Notes: generated by a model from the letters alone, not told the origin. Counted from the stretch's first letter, positions 27,396 through 42,074 are shown. The stretch: 64,000 nt of DNA from Octopus vulgaris (GCA_951406725.2 OX597816.1:5270001-5334000), one strand, 5' to 3'. Numbers and translations are program-made.

Positions 27396-27789
27396 TTTTA
27401 CAAGTCAAGTATTGACAGTAACTTCAGCTTTCTTCCACTGGCCTTCAACAGATGATCCAATGAAGGCTGAAACTTCGAAGTCCCTATCATTATGCTTCTT
27501 ATCAAAATAACATAAATATATACTTCATAAACAGTTTTGCATAACTGAGATTTTTCATTACAGCTTGATACAAGGCAGCAAGCTGGCAGAACCATTAGAG
27601 CATCGGACAAAATGCTTAGGGCTACGTTTTCTGGCTCACAAACCACATATACATATGTAATACGTATAATGTATATATATAAAGCGTTCCATATTTTTTA
27701 AAGGTGGTGCTCCAGCATGGCCCCAGCCTCGGACAGAAACCACTAAAAGAAAAGAATATAAATATATTATATAAATGTATCATATATAT

Positions 27790-27851
<62 letters not shown>

Positions 27852-27860
27852 GTATATATA

Positions 27861-28090
27861 CAGGGTAGGCCAAAAGTCACCTGACAGTAAATCAAAACTT
27901 TTCAATTTCAAGATTAAAACAAAAAAAATTTTATATGAGATTTCGCTAATAAATAGACAGATGTTTGAAAAAAAAACGGTGATTTTAATTAACAGCATTC
28001 AATTATTAAACATTCATAATTGGAATGAATAAATAAAAGTTGAATATTAAGTATTTATGGAATTTTGATTTACTGTCGGGTGACTTTTGG
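27861..28090. mobile_element. Tc1/mariner-type MITE, right TIR truncated
   Basis: TA-cagggtaggccaaaagtcacctgacagtaaatcaaaa ... ttttgatttactgtcgggtgacttttgg (28 bp inverted match); the right end is cut where the PLE fragment begins. Confidence 0.75.
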
Positions 28091-29155
28091 TAAATACCAA
28101 TTACAATCAATTTGTATTAGTAGAAATATTTATGATACAGCTAAGACGTTAAAAACGCCGGTAAAGGGAGTCGGGAAAGCCTTATATACAAATAAATGCG
28201 ATAAATGTTCATGCAGAGATAAATCAAGATGTCCTTTGATGAATCTCTGTATGAGTGCAAATCTTGTATACAAATGTACCGTGCACACAAAGGGAGGACC
28301 CTATGTTTACATTGGGCAGACGGTTGATCCATTTAAGAATCGTTATCGTAACCATGTTGCCAGCTTTATGACATTGAATAAGAGACATTCAACATCTTTG
28401 GCAGATATGTTATGGCGACTGAAGGAGGATAAAATTAAGGTACGCGGATCCATACAATATAATTTCCAGGAGATGCCATATCTGCTCCTAGGAGTACCTT
28501 TCTATTCTGTGGACAAACGAGAAGATCATTAATAGAATTTCTGAACGACTCTCGAGATGCCTACACGCATATAAATGTACTTTCGCAGAATGCAGTGGGA
28601 ATGAATTTTGAGCAAACGTAACATAATCTAATTTACTTTAAGGTATGAATGACTTAAGTTTACTTTTAGCTTCCCCATTCTTACAAGCACCAAGTAGATA
28701 GCTAGCTCGCTTTTTGATCATGAGTACACCAAACCTCATATGTGCGTATGCTCACATTTTTGCGGATGCTTATGAGCGAGTGTACTTGCGCCATGCAGCT
28801 AGCCCGAGGTCGTTTATACATCCATATTTGTTATCGGTTATTTTCGATTCTTTTCTCGCTGGATTGCGTGTTCGTTTCTCTTTTTGCCGTCTGTGATTTT
28901 AATTTTAATCTTCTATATTCAATGAAGATATTTCCTCCGTCTGGCTGCTTTTCTCTCTACAAAACGGGAAGTTACATTGCTGATCAGTTATTTTAACGAA
29001 TTGTATTTATCACCCGACGAGATACATCTGCACCACCGGATGCTCCTGAACTAGTTGTTGAGTGTCCCACCCATGAGGAATCTATGCTAGATGTGTTGGA
29101 ACAACTGTCGTGATTAATAATAGATTCTTGTATATTCCATCTTCCGTCTTTCAGT

Positions 29156-29160
<5 letters not shown>
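28091..29160 (+). mobile_element. 5'-truncated Penelope-like element: GIY-YIG endonuclease remnant plus 3' pLTR with hammerhead-like fold, ending in (TA)n
   Basis: CSCRDKSRCPLMNLC...LVYKC...YIGQT...FKNRYRNH...STSLADMLWRLK, then after a frameshift PYNIISRRCHICS*E...IINRISE..SRCLHAYK (to 28611). This is a PLE-type GIY-YIG with a CxC-x5-C-x5-C linker. Confidence 0.85.
29009..29114 (+). ncRNA. Type I hammerhead-like fold in PLE 3' end (long stem II; one core mismatch)
   Basis: Stem I atcac/gtgat; CCGACGA 29014-29020; stem II gatacatct/agatgtgtt closing a ~58 nt insert; GGAA (for GAAA) 29098-29101; stem III aca-ac-tgt; GUC 29107-29109. Confidence 0.62.
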
Positions 29161-29223
<63 letters not shown>

Positions 29224-29226
29224 ATG

Positions 29227-29264
<38 letters not shown>

Positions 29265-29553
29265 TCAAGTACAGGACATCATCAACAAGTGAAAAATATG
29301 TAAACACATAATGAGAGACAAGTATGAGACAAATTACCAAATGAAGTCTAACCGCTCATGTATATGTACATGCACAGATGCACATACACACACACATAAA
29401 TATTTATAGGATGGGCTTCTTTCAGTTTCCGTCTTCTGAATCCACCTATAAGCTTTTGATCAGCCCGAGGGTATAGTAGAAGACACTTGCCCAAGGTGCA
29501 ACACAGTGGGACTGAACCCAGAACCAAGAGGTTGGAAAGTAAACTTTTTACTG

Positions 29554-29592
<39 letters not shown>

Positions 29593-30441
29593 CGTTATGC
29601 TATTTCTTGTTTTTACTCGGTGAACCTGAAGGAATTGGCAGAGCCCATGACTCTCTTGTAGTCTCTCTGTACCTTCGTGTACAGCCACTTACCGCAATGA
29701 GGTTGTAAGTGGCTGTACAGGAAGGCTGGACAGCACCACTATAATAGGCCTGAAGAGAGGTAAGAAAATAGGGAGATGATGTGAGAGTGAGAGATGTACA
29801 GTGACAGAGATGGTTATCAGAAGTATGTAGGGATGGCTATAGTGAGTGCGGGATGATTGTGGGCACTGCCGACGAGAGATATAAGATGTTGAGAGTGATA
29901 GCAGATATGAGAGAGTGTTAAAGGTGAGATGTCAATCTCAAGAGGTAACTCAGACGGGACGGGGAGATTAGTGGCGGCACAGAAAGGGGTGATTGGCAGA
30001 AAATGTCAGTGGGAGGAAAATTCTGGGAATGAGATGGTTTTTGAAATATGCACAGATTCTGCTCTTATATGATTACAACTGTTGAAGAGTAGCTGAATTC
30101 CTTCAATAAATAACAATGGGCATGTCCAGAAATATTCTTCCCTGTTTCACTGTCTAATATACGCCATTATCTCTGTCTCTTGGAAAACATAGAGTATTCT
30201 TTAATAGCAATTTTGCGATTTTAAAGAAATGATTATAATTGGTAAATTTCTGTAGAAACATCCGTTGCTGTATCATGAGATATTTACGACTAGCAACTGG
30301 CTAAAATAGTTTATTTCCTACATAATGTATTTGTTATACCGTGAAAAATGCTCATATAAATATAAAACTTTCATTTATTCATTAGCACTAATTCTTCATG
30401 AACAATATCTGCTTCATTAACAATATTTGTGTGTTTTATGC

Positions 30442-30787
30442 GAAGGCGCATGGCTCAGTGGTTAGAGCGTCGAGCTTACGATCGTGAGGTTGTGAGCTCG
30501 AATCCCGGACCGGGCTGCGTGTTGTGTTCTTGAGCAAGACACTTTATTTCACGTTGCTCGAGTTCACTCAGCTGTAGAAATGGGTTGCGACGTCACAGGT
30601 GCCAAGCTGGATCAGCCCCTTTGTCTGTCCCTTGGATAACACTGGTGGCGTGGAGAGGGGAGGCTGGTATGCATGGGCGACTGCTGGTCTTCCATAAAAC
30701 AACCTTGCCCAGACTTGTGCCTCAGAGGGTAACTCTCTAGGTGCAAACCCATGGTCACTCACGACCGAAGGGGGTCTTTACCCTTTA
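30442..30787 (+). mobile_element. SINE family T3, full length with TSD
   Basis: tRNA-like head gaaggcgcatggctcagtggttagagcgtcg...ctcgaatccc; 10 bp direct repeat tgttttatgc at 30432-30441 and 30788-30797. Confidence 0.9.
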
Positions 30788-31379
30788 TGTTTTATGCATA
30801 TGTTTCTGAAGGCAGGAAAACACCGCGTCTTGGTGCACATAAATAGAGGAAAATATCTCTAGTTCTGGACAGCACAATTGAATTGATTAATGTGTAACGA
30901 ATTTTCTAATGATTTTTGGCAACCGATCACATTTCTATGCACTGTTGGTTAATCATATTTAGAACTGTTTGAAAATTTTAAGCTTATATATTATGACGTT
31001 GCTTCCCAAGTTCAATCGTTGGGGTATTCGGTAATGGTTAACTTAGTGTCACGATTCACGAGGTTTCAGTTTCTCGTAGAATATACACACTCAACTAAGT
31101 GTACTGCAATTATTTGTTTGTAAAAGCAAACGTTCACCAATTCAGAAATAAAAAACAAAAACCCTTAATTTGTTGGGCATTGTTTAACAATCAGAATCAC
31201 AAAAGCTAAAAGTAATAACGGACAGAGTCAAAACTATTGAAAAGGTTGCAAGACGCAATGAAAGTTTTTGAAAAATGAAAACCAAATAAGTGGAAATTTT
31301 ACCAGTGTGTGTGTTAAATTATAAGGCACTAAAAGAGAATGACTCCCCCCAGACACAACAGAATATATATATATATATA

Positions 31380-31492
<113 letters not shown>

Positions 31493-31549
31493 CGCATGTA
31501 TGTATAAGTATATAAACATGTATATATGCATAAATACATATCTTTCTAC

Positions 31550-31940
31550 ATTTTTCAGTCATTAGACCGCACCCATGATGGGGCACCACCTTCAAGAAGT
31601 TTAGGTAAGCGAATCGACCCCAGTTCTTATTTTTTTAAATCTGGTACTTAATCTATCAATCACTTTTAACGAACCGCTATATTACGGGGACGTAAGCCCA
31701 GCAATACCGGTTGTCAATCAGTAGTGGGTAACAAACACAGACACAAGGATACACACACACACACACATATGTATATACATGCATATATATATATATACAC
31801 ACACACACGCGCGAAGGGCTTATTACAGTTTCTGTCTATCAAGTCCATTCACAAGGCTTTGGTAAGCCTGAAGTTACAAGTAGGAAACATTTGGCCCATG
31901 GTGCTATGCAGTGGGACTGAACCCGGAACAATGTGGTTTA
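31550..31940 (-). mobile_element. SINE family T1, diverged
   Basis: Family motifs seen in reverse orientation. Confidence 0.75.
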
Positions 31941-32279
31941 AGCGTCAGTACATTACGGCCGTTTCAGGCGGCTCCATTTAATCGATCAATTTGAAAGGAA
32001 CTGCTCTCTTCAGCTGCAGATGACCGTTTAGATTTCAAATATAAAAGATAAACTATTTTTAACAGATTAACATCAATAATAGAAACCAAATTAATTCCAT
32101 TGTTTCCTTATGTCATATCTGTGGCAGAATGAGTTTAGAAAATAATGCGTATCATATTAAGCCTACTATAATTTAGAGAGGAGCAGAGGGAAAATAGTAG
32201 GGGTGGGGTCAAGATAAAGGAATAGTAATGTAGTTATATATATTTAGAAGATTTTATGCTGCATGTAGTCTCCAACTAT

Positions 32280-32470
32280 AGGTGCAGGAGTGGCTTGCTT
32301 ACCAACCACACGATTCCGGGTTCAGTCCCACGGCGTAGCACCTTGAGCAAGTGTCTTCTACTATAGCCTCGGACCGACCAAAGCCTTGTTAGTGGATTTG
32401 GTAGAAGGAAACTGAAAGAAGCCCGTCCTATATACATATATCTATATCTATGTTTGAGTGTCTGTGTTTG
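32280..32470 (+). mobile_element. SINE family T1, 5' half
   Basis: ggtgcaggagtggc...gggttcagtccca...gaaactgaaagaagcccgtc. Confidence 0.8.
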
Positions 32471-33460
32471 TCTTGTTTTCCATCATGATAAAGCGCGACA
32501 CCTCACCATACTGCAAGAATCAGTTCTTCCAAAATCTAAAAGTCTGGCGAGGTCAGGCTTCAGCCACCTGACCCCGTGGTCTCTCAACCTTGCACTTCCA
32601 CAATTACCGTTTATTTCAATGCTTGGAATAATTTTACTGGCGACGAAACATTATGAAACACCAGATTCTTTAAAACTGAGCAAAAATGGTGTTTTTATTA
32701 CAGAAACTTTGGTTTTCTGTAAAGCTGGCATCACGAAACTTTCAGAAAGCGGTCAGAACTTCACTTGACTCAAATGGAGAATATATATTCGATTAGATTA
32801 GAAATTCGTCTGTGCTTTGCGATATTTTAAATTATACATCCGAAAACAGCATTACGTCTGGAGTTCCGGCTCTTTAGGTTTTTGACTTCAATTCCAACCG
32901 GGGTCAGCTTTTGCTTTCATCATTCCGCTGTCAATAAAATAAATAACCAAGTCAAGGTGCCTATTCACTGAACACATCTTCCTTCCATTATTTTATCGCG
33001 TACAAGAGAGCTTAATGTCCGTTAAAATATTATATACAGTCTGCAGTGTTACTCGTCATATTTCGAAACTTCACAAGTATACTTTGGCTATCTTGGGAAA
33101 TATCAGCAAATATGGCGTACAAACAATAATTACTATTTAACTTTTATCAAATTTCTTGGTGTTTATACATCCTGATGAAATGAATACTAACTTTCATAAG
33201 AAAAATATTTATTACCTTAAAATAAAACAGATATCTCATTTGTATAACTCCTTCCATTCCTACTCTCTCACCTCATCTCCCTCCTACCACATCTAGTATA
33301 TGCACTCATCCTGCACCTCTTGTTTCAACTGTGTTTTTCTTTAATTTCGCTTTCACTATCCATCTGGCTTTTACTCCCCATTCTTAACCCCCCCCCCCAT
33401 ATACGACTGGTGAGATCAAACAACCAACATATTTACCAACAATTATCACACAGATATTTA

Positions 33461-33940
33461 AAGGCGGCGAGCTGGCAGAAACGTTAGCGCGCCGGGCGAA
33501 ATCCTTATTCGTATTACGTCTGCCGTTACGTTCTGAGTTCAAATTCCGCCGAGGTCGACTTTGCCTTTCATCCTTTCGAGGTCGATAAATAAAGTACCAG
33601 TTACGCACCGGGGTCGATATAATTGACTTTGTCTGTCCCTTTGTCTGTCCTTGTTTCTCCCCTCTGTGTTTAGCCCCTTGTGGGCAATAAAGAAATATAT
33701 TATCGCACAGATATTTAAAGGTGGCGAGCTGGCAGAATCGTAAGCACGGCAGACAAAAATTGTTTAGCAGCATTTCGTCGGCCGTCACGTTCTTGGTTCA
33801 AATGTCACTGAAGTCGACTTCCCCTGTTATTTATCCTTTCGGGGTCGATAAAATAACAGCCATTTGAGCAATGGGGTGCTTTATTCGAGTATCCCTCTCC
33901 TCCCAAATTCCAGGCTTTATCTCTATAATTGAAAGAATGT
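33461..33940 (+). mobile_element. Young family N SINE (33461-33698) inserted at the head of an older N copy (33718-33940)
   Basis: Direct repeat attatcRcacagatatttaaag at 33442-33463 and 33699-33720. Confidence 0.82.
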
Positions 33941-35152
33941 TATCACCGAAACAACTAACTTTTCACGATCCGAATTCCTTTCCTTCTTTCAGTATCGGAG
34001 ATATACCAGTTATTGTTTTGCTCTTTCTTGATAACGTCCAGATGTTTTATTACAGGACGCAATGAACAGGATCTCACAAACTAAAGTGGTTAAGAAAAGG
34101 TTATCAAATATATTATATGACTGTTCTTTCTCCATAGCTCTCCTCACACACATTGTGTGTGTGTGACTCCCTTGAGACTAAGAACGGATATTTTATTAGC
34201 CTTCTGAGAAGGACGGCGTCTATATATCTTTTTTTTAAAATGCACTTTAGCCAATGAAAGTTTGGAAGTTGACGGTGAAAGACGTAGCATGTAGGAAGTT
34301 CAGTATGTGTGTGTGTGTAAAATATTGACCACTTCTCTGTATTTATACTTCTACCTTTGCGATGCTTTATTTTACTGGAAAGTAATACATTTGTATTGCA
34401 ATATTTTATTTTTCATTGAAAAATTGTTCTCGGTTCTGTTAACGCCTAAGCGTTCATGCGAGTATTCTGGCAATGATGTAGCAGCATTTGAAAATATTGT
34501 CTAGGTAAATGCAGCTGATGAAGACTGATCAAATTTACGTTGACAAACGTATTTGAAGAGTCCCAAACTTAGGTTCTGGATTATCCGGTTCTGGGTTGTC
34601 CATTTATCTAATGTTCTTCCTAGACAACATTTTTCATGTTTGTTGCACTCACACGTCTTTGCCAGTATATACGCAGTGAATATTTACTATAGCGTCGTAA
34701 ATGTATCGACTGCTATTTCCAGTAAACATTGGTGCCTTGTTGTACCACCACTCTATATTTATATATGTATGTATGTATAATTGAAAAAAAAAGACAGAAA
34801 GGATGCTCTTTAGCCGACGATTTGAAATTACGGTGACGATATTTACATATCGCCTGAGGAAACACAACTAGATCTCGTAATGCAGGGAAACGGTTGCATA
34901 ATCAAGTACTTGTACTCTTGAAGAACAACGTTGAGTAGAAACAATTGTAGGGATTGAAAATAAATGTCCAACTGTACTCCTTCTTGTTGACTCCAAATTT
35001 TTTTTCAATTATCTCTTTACACACAACAGAAGCCCAAACGCAAACCTGGAAGTATGTATAATTCTACCACTGGATAGTGCAGGGTGAAATCTGAAGTTGG
35101 ACGAGCTTTATACTATACTCTACTACGATAATATGCCATAACCCTCTCTCTT

Positions 35153-35192
<40 letters not shown>

Positions 35193-35434
35193 ACCTGATG
35201 GTTACGCTGTTACACTCACGATCGGGTTGCGCGTTGTATTCTTGAGTAAAACACTTCATTTCACGTTGCTCCAGTGTATTCAGCCTTCCTATCGCAAGTA
35301 ACGTTGGCTAGCTCGCCTATCCAGTGAGTTTGGCATCTTTCCAAGCTAAAGCAATGCGAAGTGCATTGTGACCAGCGATGTATAGCAAAATGCAATAGTC
35401 TGGTCGGTCACGTGACATACATACCTATATATAT

Positions 35435-35658
35435 TCTTTTATTCTTTTATTTCAGTCATTTGACTGTTGCCATGCCGGAGCACCGCCTTTTGGTCGACGA
35501 AATTAACTCTTTGGCTTAATCTTTGTAAGCCTGGTGCTTATTCTATCGGTCTATTCTCGCGAGCCGCTAAGTTACAGGGACATATAAACACCAGCATCGC
35601 TTGTGAAGCGATGGTGGTGGTGGTGGGTAAACTAGCCACTAAACACACACATACAAAT

Positions 35659-35701
<43 letters not shown>

Positions 35702-35815
35702 TACTTGGAAGAAAAGAAACGAAACGACGCGAGGGCGCTCAGTCATATAATAATTTAATAAATAAAATATATGCATACATTCGTTGTGTTCTACGTTTAT
35801 TTGTGGTGTCCTGTA

Positions 35816-35875
<60 letters not shown>

Positions 35876-36134
35876 TGTATATATACATATAGATGTAGGT
35901 ACGTACATATATGTATGTATGTATGCATATATTTTATTTATTAAATTATATATATATATATATGTATGTACCATGGGCTTCTTTCAGTTTCCGTCTACCA
36001 AATCCACTCACAAGGCTTTGGTCGGCCCAAGGCTATAGCAGACGACACTTGCCCACAGTGCCACGCAGAGGGACTGAACCCAGAACCATGTGGTTGGTAA
36101 GCAAGCTTCTTACCATACAGTCATGCTTGCGCCT
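35435..36134 (-). mobile_element. SINE family T1 with extra elements inserted in its internal microsatellite
   Basis: 3' half at 35435-35660 and 5' half at 35970-36134. The insert (35697-35950) contains an inverted repeat taatttaataaataaaatatatgcatacat (35751-35780 / ~35919-35948). Confidence 0.78.
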
Positions 36135-36326
36135 ATGTGTCAGTGTGCGCGCGTGTGTGTGTGTGTACGTGTGCGTGTGTGTGCGTGTGTGTGTGTCTGT
36201 GTGTATGCCTGCCTGCCGTCCATGTTTTCACACATATACTTATGCATCTATGTTTTCATGTTTAAATAAACACAATCATTCAAGGTGACATGAATGACAT
36301 CCATACGTTTGTTTGTTTGTGTGTGT

Positions 36327-36416
<90 letters not shown>

Positions 36417-36850
36417 ATGTGGTGGCTAAAGCTGTGAGCAAACTTTTGAAACAATAATCACAAATGCTGGTAGAAACTTAAACATTGAAATTTTAATTAG
36501 TTTTTTTCCTTTGTCTCTTCTGAACGTTTGTTTGCTCAAGACGCACAGCTCATTCTCAACGGCGCACTTTCGCTTTGATTAATGCCTCTGTGAATATACG
36601 TCGCCATCTTTAAAAACTTAGAAACGCTTGTTCGTCACTTCCACCCGCCAGTCTAACTTTCGCTATCACGACATTATGCTTAAAACAATTACAAATTTTA
36701 AAAAAATACATCAAGGAAATATTGTTTAAATAAGGAGAATAAATCAAAAGTTCTTTCACTTCTCATTAGAATTTTCTTATGTTTAGCAGCGATTAAATGT
36801 TGAAGAGTTATGAAATGTTTTTAGTTTATTCCATTATACATACATACATA

Positions 36851-36890
<40 letters not shown>

Positions 36891-37117
36891 TGTATACTTA
36901 CATACACATTTACATACGAGAACACACACTTAGATACATATACATATTCATATATATGTACGTATATACATACATATACATATATATATATATATATATA
37001 TAACATACATATATGTATACACACGCACATACATATACTTGCACAAACATTTATACATACGCACACACATATACATGCACACACACATTTATACATACGC
37101 ACACATACAGATACACA

Positions 37118-37148
<31 letters not shown>

Positions 37149-39214
37149 TCTTACACATATAAACTTGTACACACATTTACACACATACACACACACGCAC
37201 ACGTATATTTGTACGCCTACGCGCATACGCAGATACATATTTGTAAACATATTCTCTCATAAACTCAGACGTGCGTTTGCGAGTGTCTGGTTGTGCTTTT
37301 GTGTTTTAATACCCGACATACAGAAAGCTAATTCTGTTTCAGTCATAATTTTTTGAAAAGTAGTTTGAAGGGTGAATATATATTATTTTAATGCAGTGAA
37401 TATGAAAAAAAAGGAAAAACAAGATAATAATCGAAGGGAAAATGGGTGGAAACCGGTAAGGAAAGTGAAACAGCGTATGGAAGGGAAAAGGAAGAACAAA
37501 AGGCTGAAAAGGAGAAAAGGAAGAAGAGGGAATAGATGAAAAGTTGCTCAAGAACGATTGTTTTCAGGATCCGTTACCAAAGTTGAGAGTGTTGATGGTG
37601 AATAAAAGTTTGTATCAGGATTAATTCTGAAATACTGGCCTTTATCGGGGGATAAATGTGAAGTCAACCCGAAGTGAAGAAATAGGTTATAAAACGTGTT
37701 TAATTCAACCGAAAGATGACCAGTTTTCATCACACCCATACATCGCCATTCACACACATACACACGCACGCACACACACACACACACACACACACGCGCG
37801 CGCGCGCACACACACACACACACACAAATACTCACACACATAATATAAAACAAAATCAATAGAGAAATTTAATAATCCGCATCGGGGAGAATTTTATTTA
37901 TTAGAAAAACAGAAAAATGTAAAAAATTATGAAGAGTGGAATTTTCGACGTTTCGTAAAATTTCCATCTTCACGGTGGAGATGACAGGAATTTAAATGTG
38001 GAAGTAGGATTCTATTTGAGCCACTGGTGGTAACTGAGAAAGAGTATAAAACAACTGGAGAATACTTGAGTAGACTGTCCCCACCCCTCCGTTCCTCACT
38101 GTATAAACTTACACACACACACACACACACATCTATGAGTTTTTCATGAAATGAATATGTGATGCTAAACAACCGCCTCCCGTTCATAACTCGTCTGCCA
38201 GCAGCTCTTTGTTTAGCGCCGACTTATTGAGTCCATTATGGGATACAAATTGAACAACAAGCGAAGATACCTTGCTTATCCTCCAACGGCTACCAGTTGT
38301 TTCTAGAGGTCGAGGTCGCCTCTCTAATGAGTATTGTTGCGTCCAAACAATAAGAGATGAATCTTGCACCGACGGAAAATTTCCGGTTAGGTTAACCTGA
38401 GGGCAACTCGTTCGTGCAAATATTTAACTTTCACATGCAATGCGTTCGCTTCTCTTTTATTTCCGTGCTTGAGTGTCTCCATCCATCCCCCCATCAATCA
38501 TTACATACAAGCATGGATACATACATACATACATACATACATACATACATACATACGTACGTACGTACGTACGTACGTACATACATACATACATACATAC
38601 ATACATACATACATACATACATACATACATACATACATACATACATACATGATATCTTCCCAGCCGATTCTTGTAATACCAATGTCTGACAAGTTCCCGA
38701 ACCTTTTCTATAATTCACGAACCACATGGTAACCCTTCAGGCTACCAACGAGCCATACTCTTTATTTTGCATCAGAAAATGACAGCTAGAGTCATTTACA
38801 CGAACCATGTTAGAACTTTTGATGATCTATTATGCTTACTTCAAAAGTCTTTGAGACCAGCCAACGAGAGTCAAACTCTACCATCCGCATTCCATGTCTA
38901 TTGACTGGTAATGTGAGACAATTCCCTCCTTTTGTTTTTTTACAGAACGTTCGTACGAAGCTATGGTCGCTTATTCTCTCTCTTCGCCTTTCCTTATTTT
39001 GTTCATGACGTTCCGACGAATTATCCCAAGGAACTTAATACTTTCGGAAGCAGCATTTTAATCAACCCTTACCCCTGAGGTGTAGTTCTGAACCGTTGCA
39101 TTGGCTACGGCTGTAATTCTCTATGGACATTTGTTTCGGAATCCGTGAATTGTCCATGCTAACAAGATGACCAGGCCAAAGGAAAAAAATTATTAAAGTT
39201 TGTATATTTCGTAA

Positions 39215-39257
<43 letters not shown>

Positions 39258-40937
39258 TTCACACTTTCTCTCTCTTTCTCTAGAACTTTGATATTTGATG
39301 TGTATGTGTGATTGTTGCAAAAGGTGCATCACGAGAAAGGTTCCTGCAATTTGTCTTGGTGTTTATGGCGATCTGGATTTTATAGCCGGGAAGAAGAACT
39401 GCCAAAATAAACGCTTCATATACAGAGATTTTTATTGTTGGTTTTATGCCACATTTAAACCATAAACACGTTCCAAGATTTCAGAAGGATCGTGATCCGT
39501 ATTCAAAACGAAGAAAGATTTCATTGTCAGGGTTTCAACCTGATGTAAATATGCTGCCCAAAATAAACAAAATACTGAAACACAAGCAGAAGTTTCTCAG
39601 ATGGGAAACTTAACGTGAGGTTTATTAAAAGCAGGTTCGTGCAGGGCCATACTTGCCTCGGAATTCATATCGAGTCTAAGAACTTGATGTGTATTATAAA
39701 AGTAATCCACGAATAATTGTGTTTAATGTCTGGCTGTGTGTCGATATGTCACAATTCTGTGCGCATAAGAGTTGTCTGATAATGACAATTGATACTATTT
39801 TTTTTCTTTGAATATAAGAGTTTTAGTAAATTAAATCCATGGCCTGAGATGAAATATTGCATTTACACTTTTAGACAAAAAAATAAAGCTGATTATGTTT
39901 CCGCAAATTTGGCGCATTAAAGTGTAATATATATCGCCATTTAAATAGGCTGTTTTGTCCAAACTTCTAAATGTTTGTTCGACGCGCGGCGTTTCACAGC
40001 ATTCGTTTAGAAAAAGAAATTGTGTTGCAAAGTTGCGGAAAGAGTTTTATGAATAAAAACGAAACTGAAAGTTCATAGATTTGCATCTCTCACACTTAAA
40101 GGCCAATGTCTCCGATAAGAGACACATAAAAAGAATAAATAAAATTGTACGACGTGAAAATAGAGAGAGAAAAGGTGGTTGTGAATTGTTCTTTAAAATA
40201 AAAAGAAGTTTGAAAAAGTATTTTAAATGAGAGGAAATGAATTTATGGGTTTCTTTGAAATGGAAGTCTACAAGAAATGTTTCTTTTAATATTTAAATAA
40301 AAAGTAGTGCCAAAGTATCTCTAATTCCATCTTGGTTGTCTCGATTAAGTTATGGTTCTTTTGTTTGTTTGTTTTTTTGTTTTGTGTTTGATATGCCTTC
40401 AAAGAAAAAGAAATTCCATAACTGATGTAGACGATAGATAACGAAATTGCTGTTCGTTGTGAAGCAAGAACGGCATATTCTGAAATACACACTCCACCGA
40501 TGAGAACGAGAAGGAGTGGGAGGAAGGGGAGGGAGAAGTAGGAGGCGGAGGAAGAGAAAGAGAGGAAGGAAGGAATCGCTTCTTCTCAATCTGCCATTAA
40601 AAGAATAGGTGTGCACTTCCAGAAAATTGGTTTTACGACATAGAATAAAGTAGAACTGTACTAGTGTAGAACTATTTAATACTAAGAGATATTGCAAGAA
40701 CAGACGACAGAAGACTGACGTTTTTATTCTTCAGAAAAGAAAGGAAAATATGTTGCAGCTGTTGTCGTGAAAGTTTAGAACGACTGGAGAGAAGATGACG
40801 GTTGGAAGGTGGTGGGTTCGATCCCAAGAGAAATAACTGGATGGTTCTGGTGACCCACAAATTCCATCACCAACAGATATATAAGTATGTATGCATGTAT
40901 ATATATATATATACATATATACATACATATATATATA

Positions 40938-41135
40938 TAGTTAATCCAAACAAGAAAACACAACAACGCGAGGACAAATATAGTATTATTGGACGCTCAG
41001 GAAAGAAGGGAAGAAGGGAGGTTTAACGTTTCGAGCGGAGCTCTTCGTCGGAAACATAGGAGAAGGAAAGATCCAGAGAAGGGAAGACAGAGGGGAAAAA
41101 ATCGCCAACGGTACACACGAGGTCACATTTTGAAA
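40938..41135 (-). mobile_element. (TA)n-embedded PLE-pLTR-like element family B with minimal hammerhead (41021-41055)
   Basis: rc: gttt-CCGACGA-A-gagc-tcc-gctc-GAAA-cg-TT-aaac; stems I and II pair perfectly and stem III is the palindrome ACGT. Confidence 0.7.
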
Positions 41136-41157
41136 GTATATACATTTTGAAAATATA

Positions 41158-41192
<35 letters not shown>

Positions 41193-41195
<3 letters not shown>

Positions 41196-41320
41196 AATAC
41201 AGTGTACATTCAAGCAAATAAGAGATAACGAATATTAGGATATCTGACTCACTAGAAAGAGCAGTTAAGATATCCTATTATTGGTCATCTCTTATGTGTT
41301 TGAATGTACACTGTATTGTT
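41193..41320. repeat. ~128 bp fold-back element in (TA)n
   Basis: atacagtgtacattcaa...taggatatct and agatatccta...ttgaatgtacactgtat form ~50 bp imperfect inverted arms around a ~22 nt loop. Confidence 0.8.
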
Positions 41321-41361
41321 ATATATATGTATATATATATATATATATATATTGTGTGTGT

Positions 41362-41769
<408 letters not shown>

Positions 41770-42074
41770 ACCGATTGTAACTTTTTAGTCAAGTTTGGTA
41801 ATTGCGATTCAGACTGGTTTCAATGAGGTTTTCTTCGATTTAATCTGGAGAAAGAGAGGAGGAGAGAGAGGGGAAAGGGAAAAGAATGGAAAAGAAAGAG
41901 AAAAGGGAGAAGAGATAGAGAGAGATGGGGAGAGAAGAGAGAGGGGGAACAGAGAAAGTAAGTCTTGCAGTTGAAGTCTAGAACCTTTTTGATGATGAGG
42001 TAATTTTTTATATATTCAACGTAAGAAACTGATTAATTAACAAATTATCCGCACACACCCTGTATTCAGTACGC

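Noticed and set aside
30442-30515. tRNA genes at SINE heads (also 4255, 21039, 58132)
   Set aside because: A/B boxes are present, but there is no complete acceptor stem and each continues into a SINE body.
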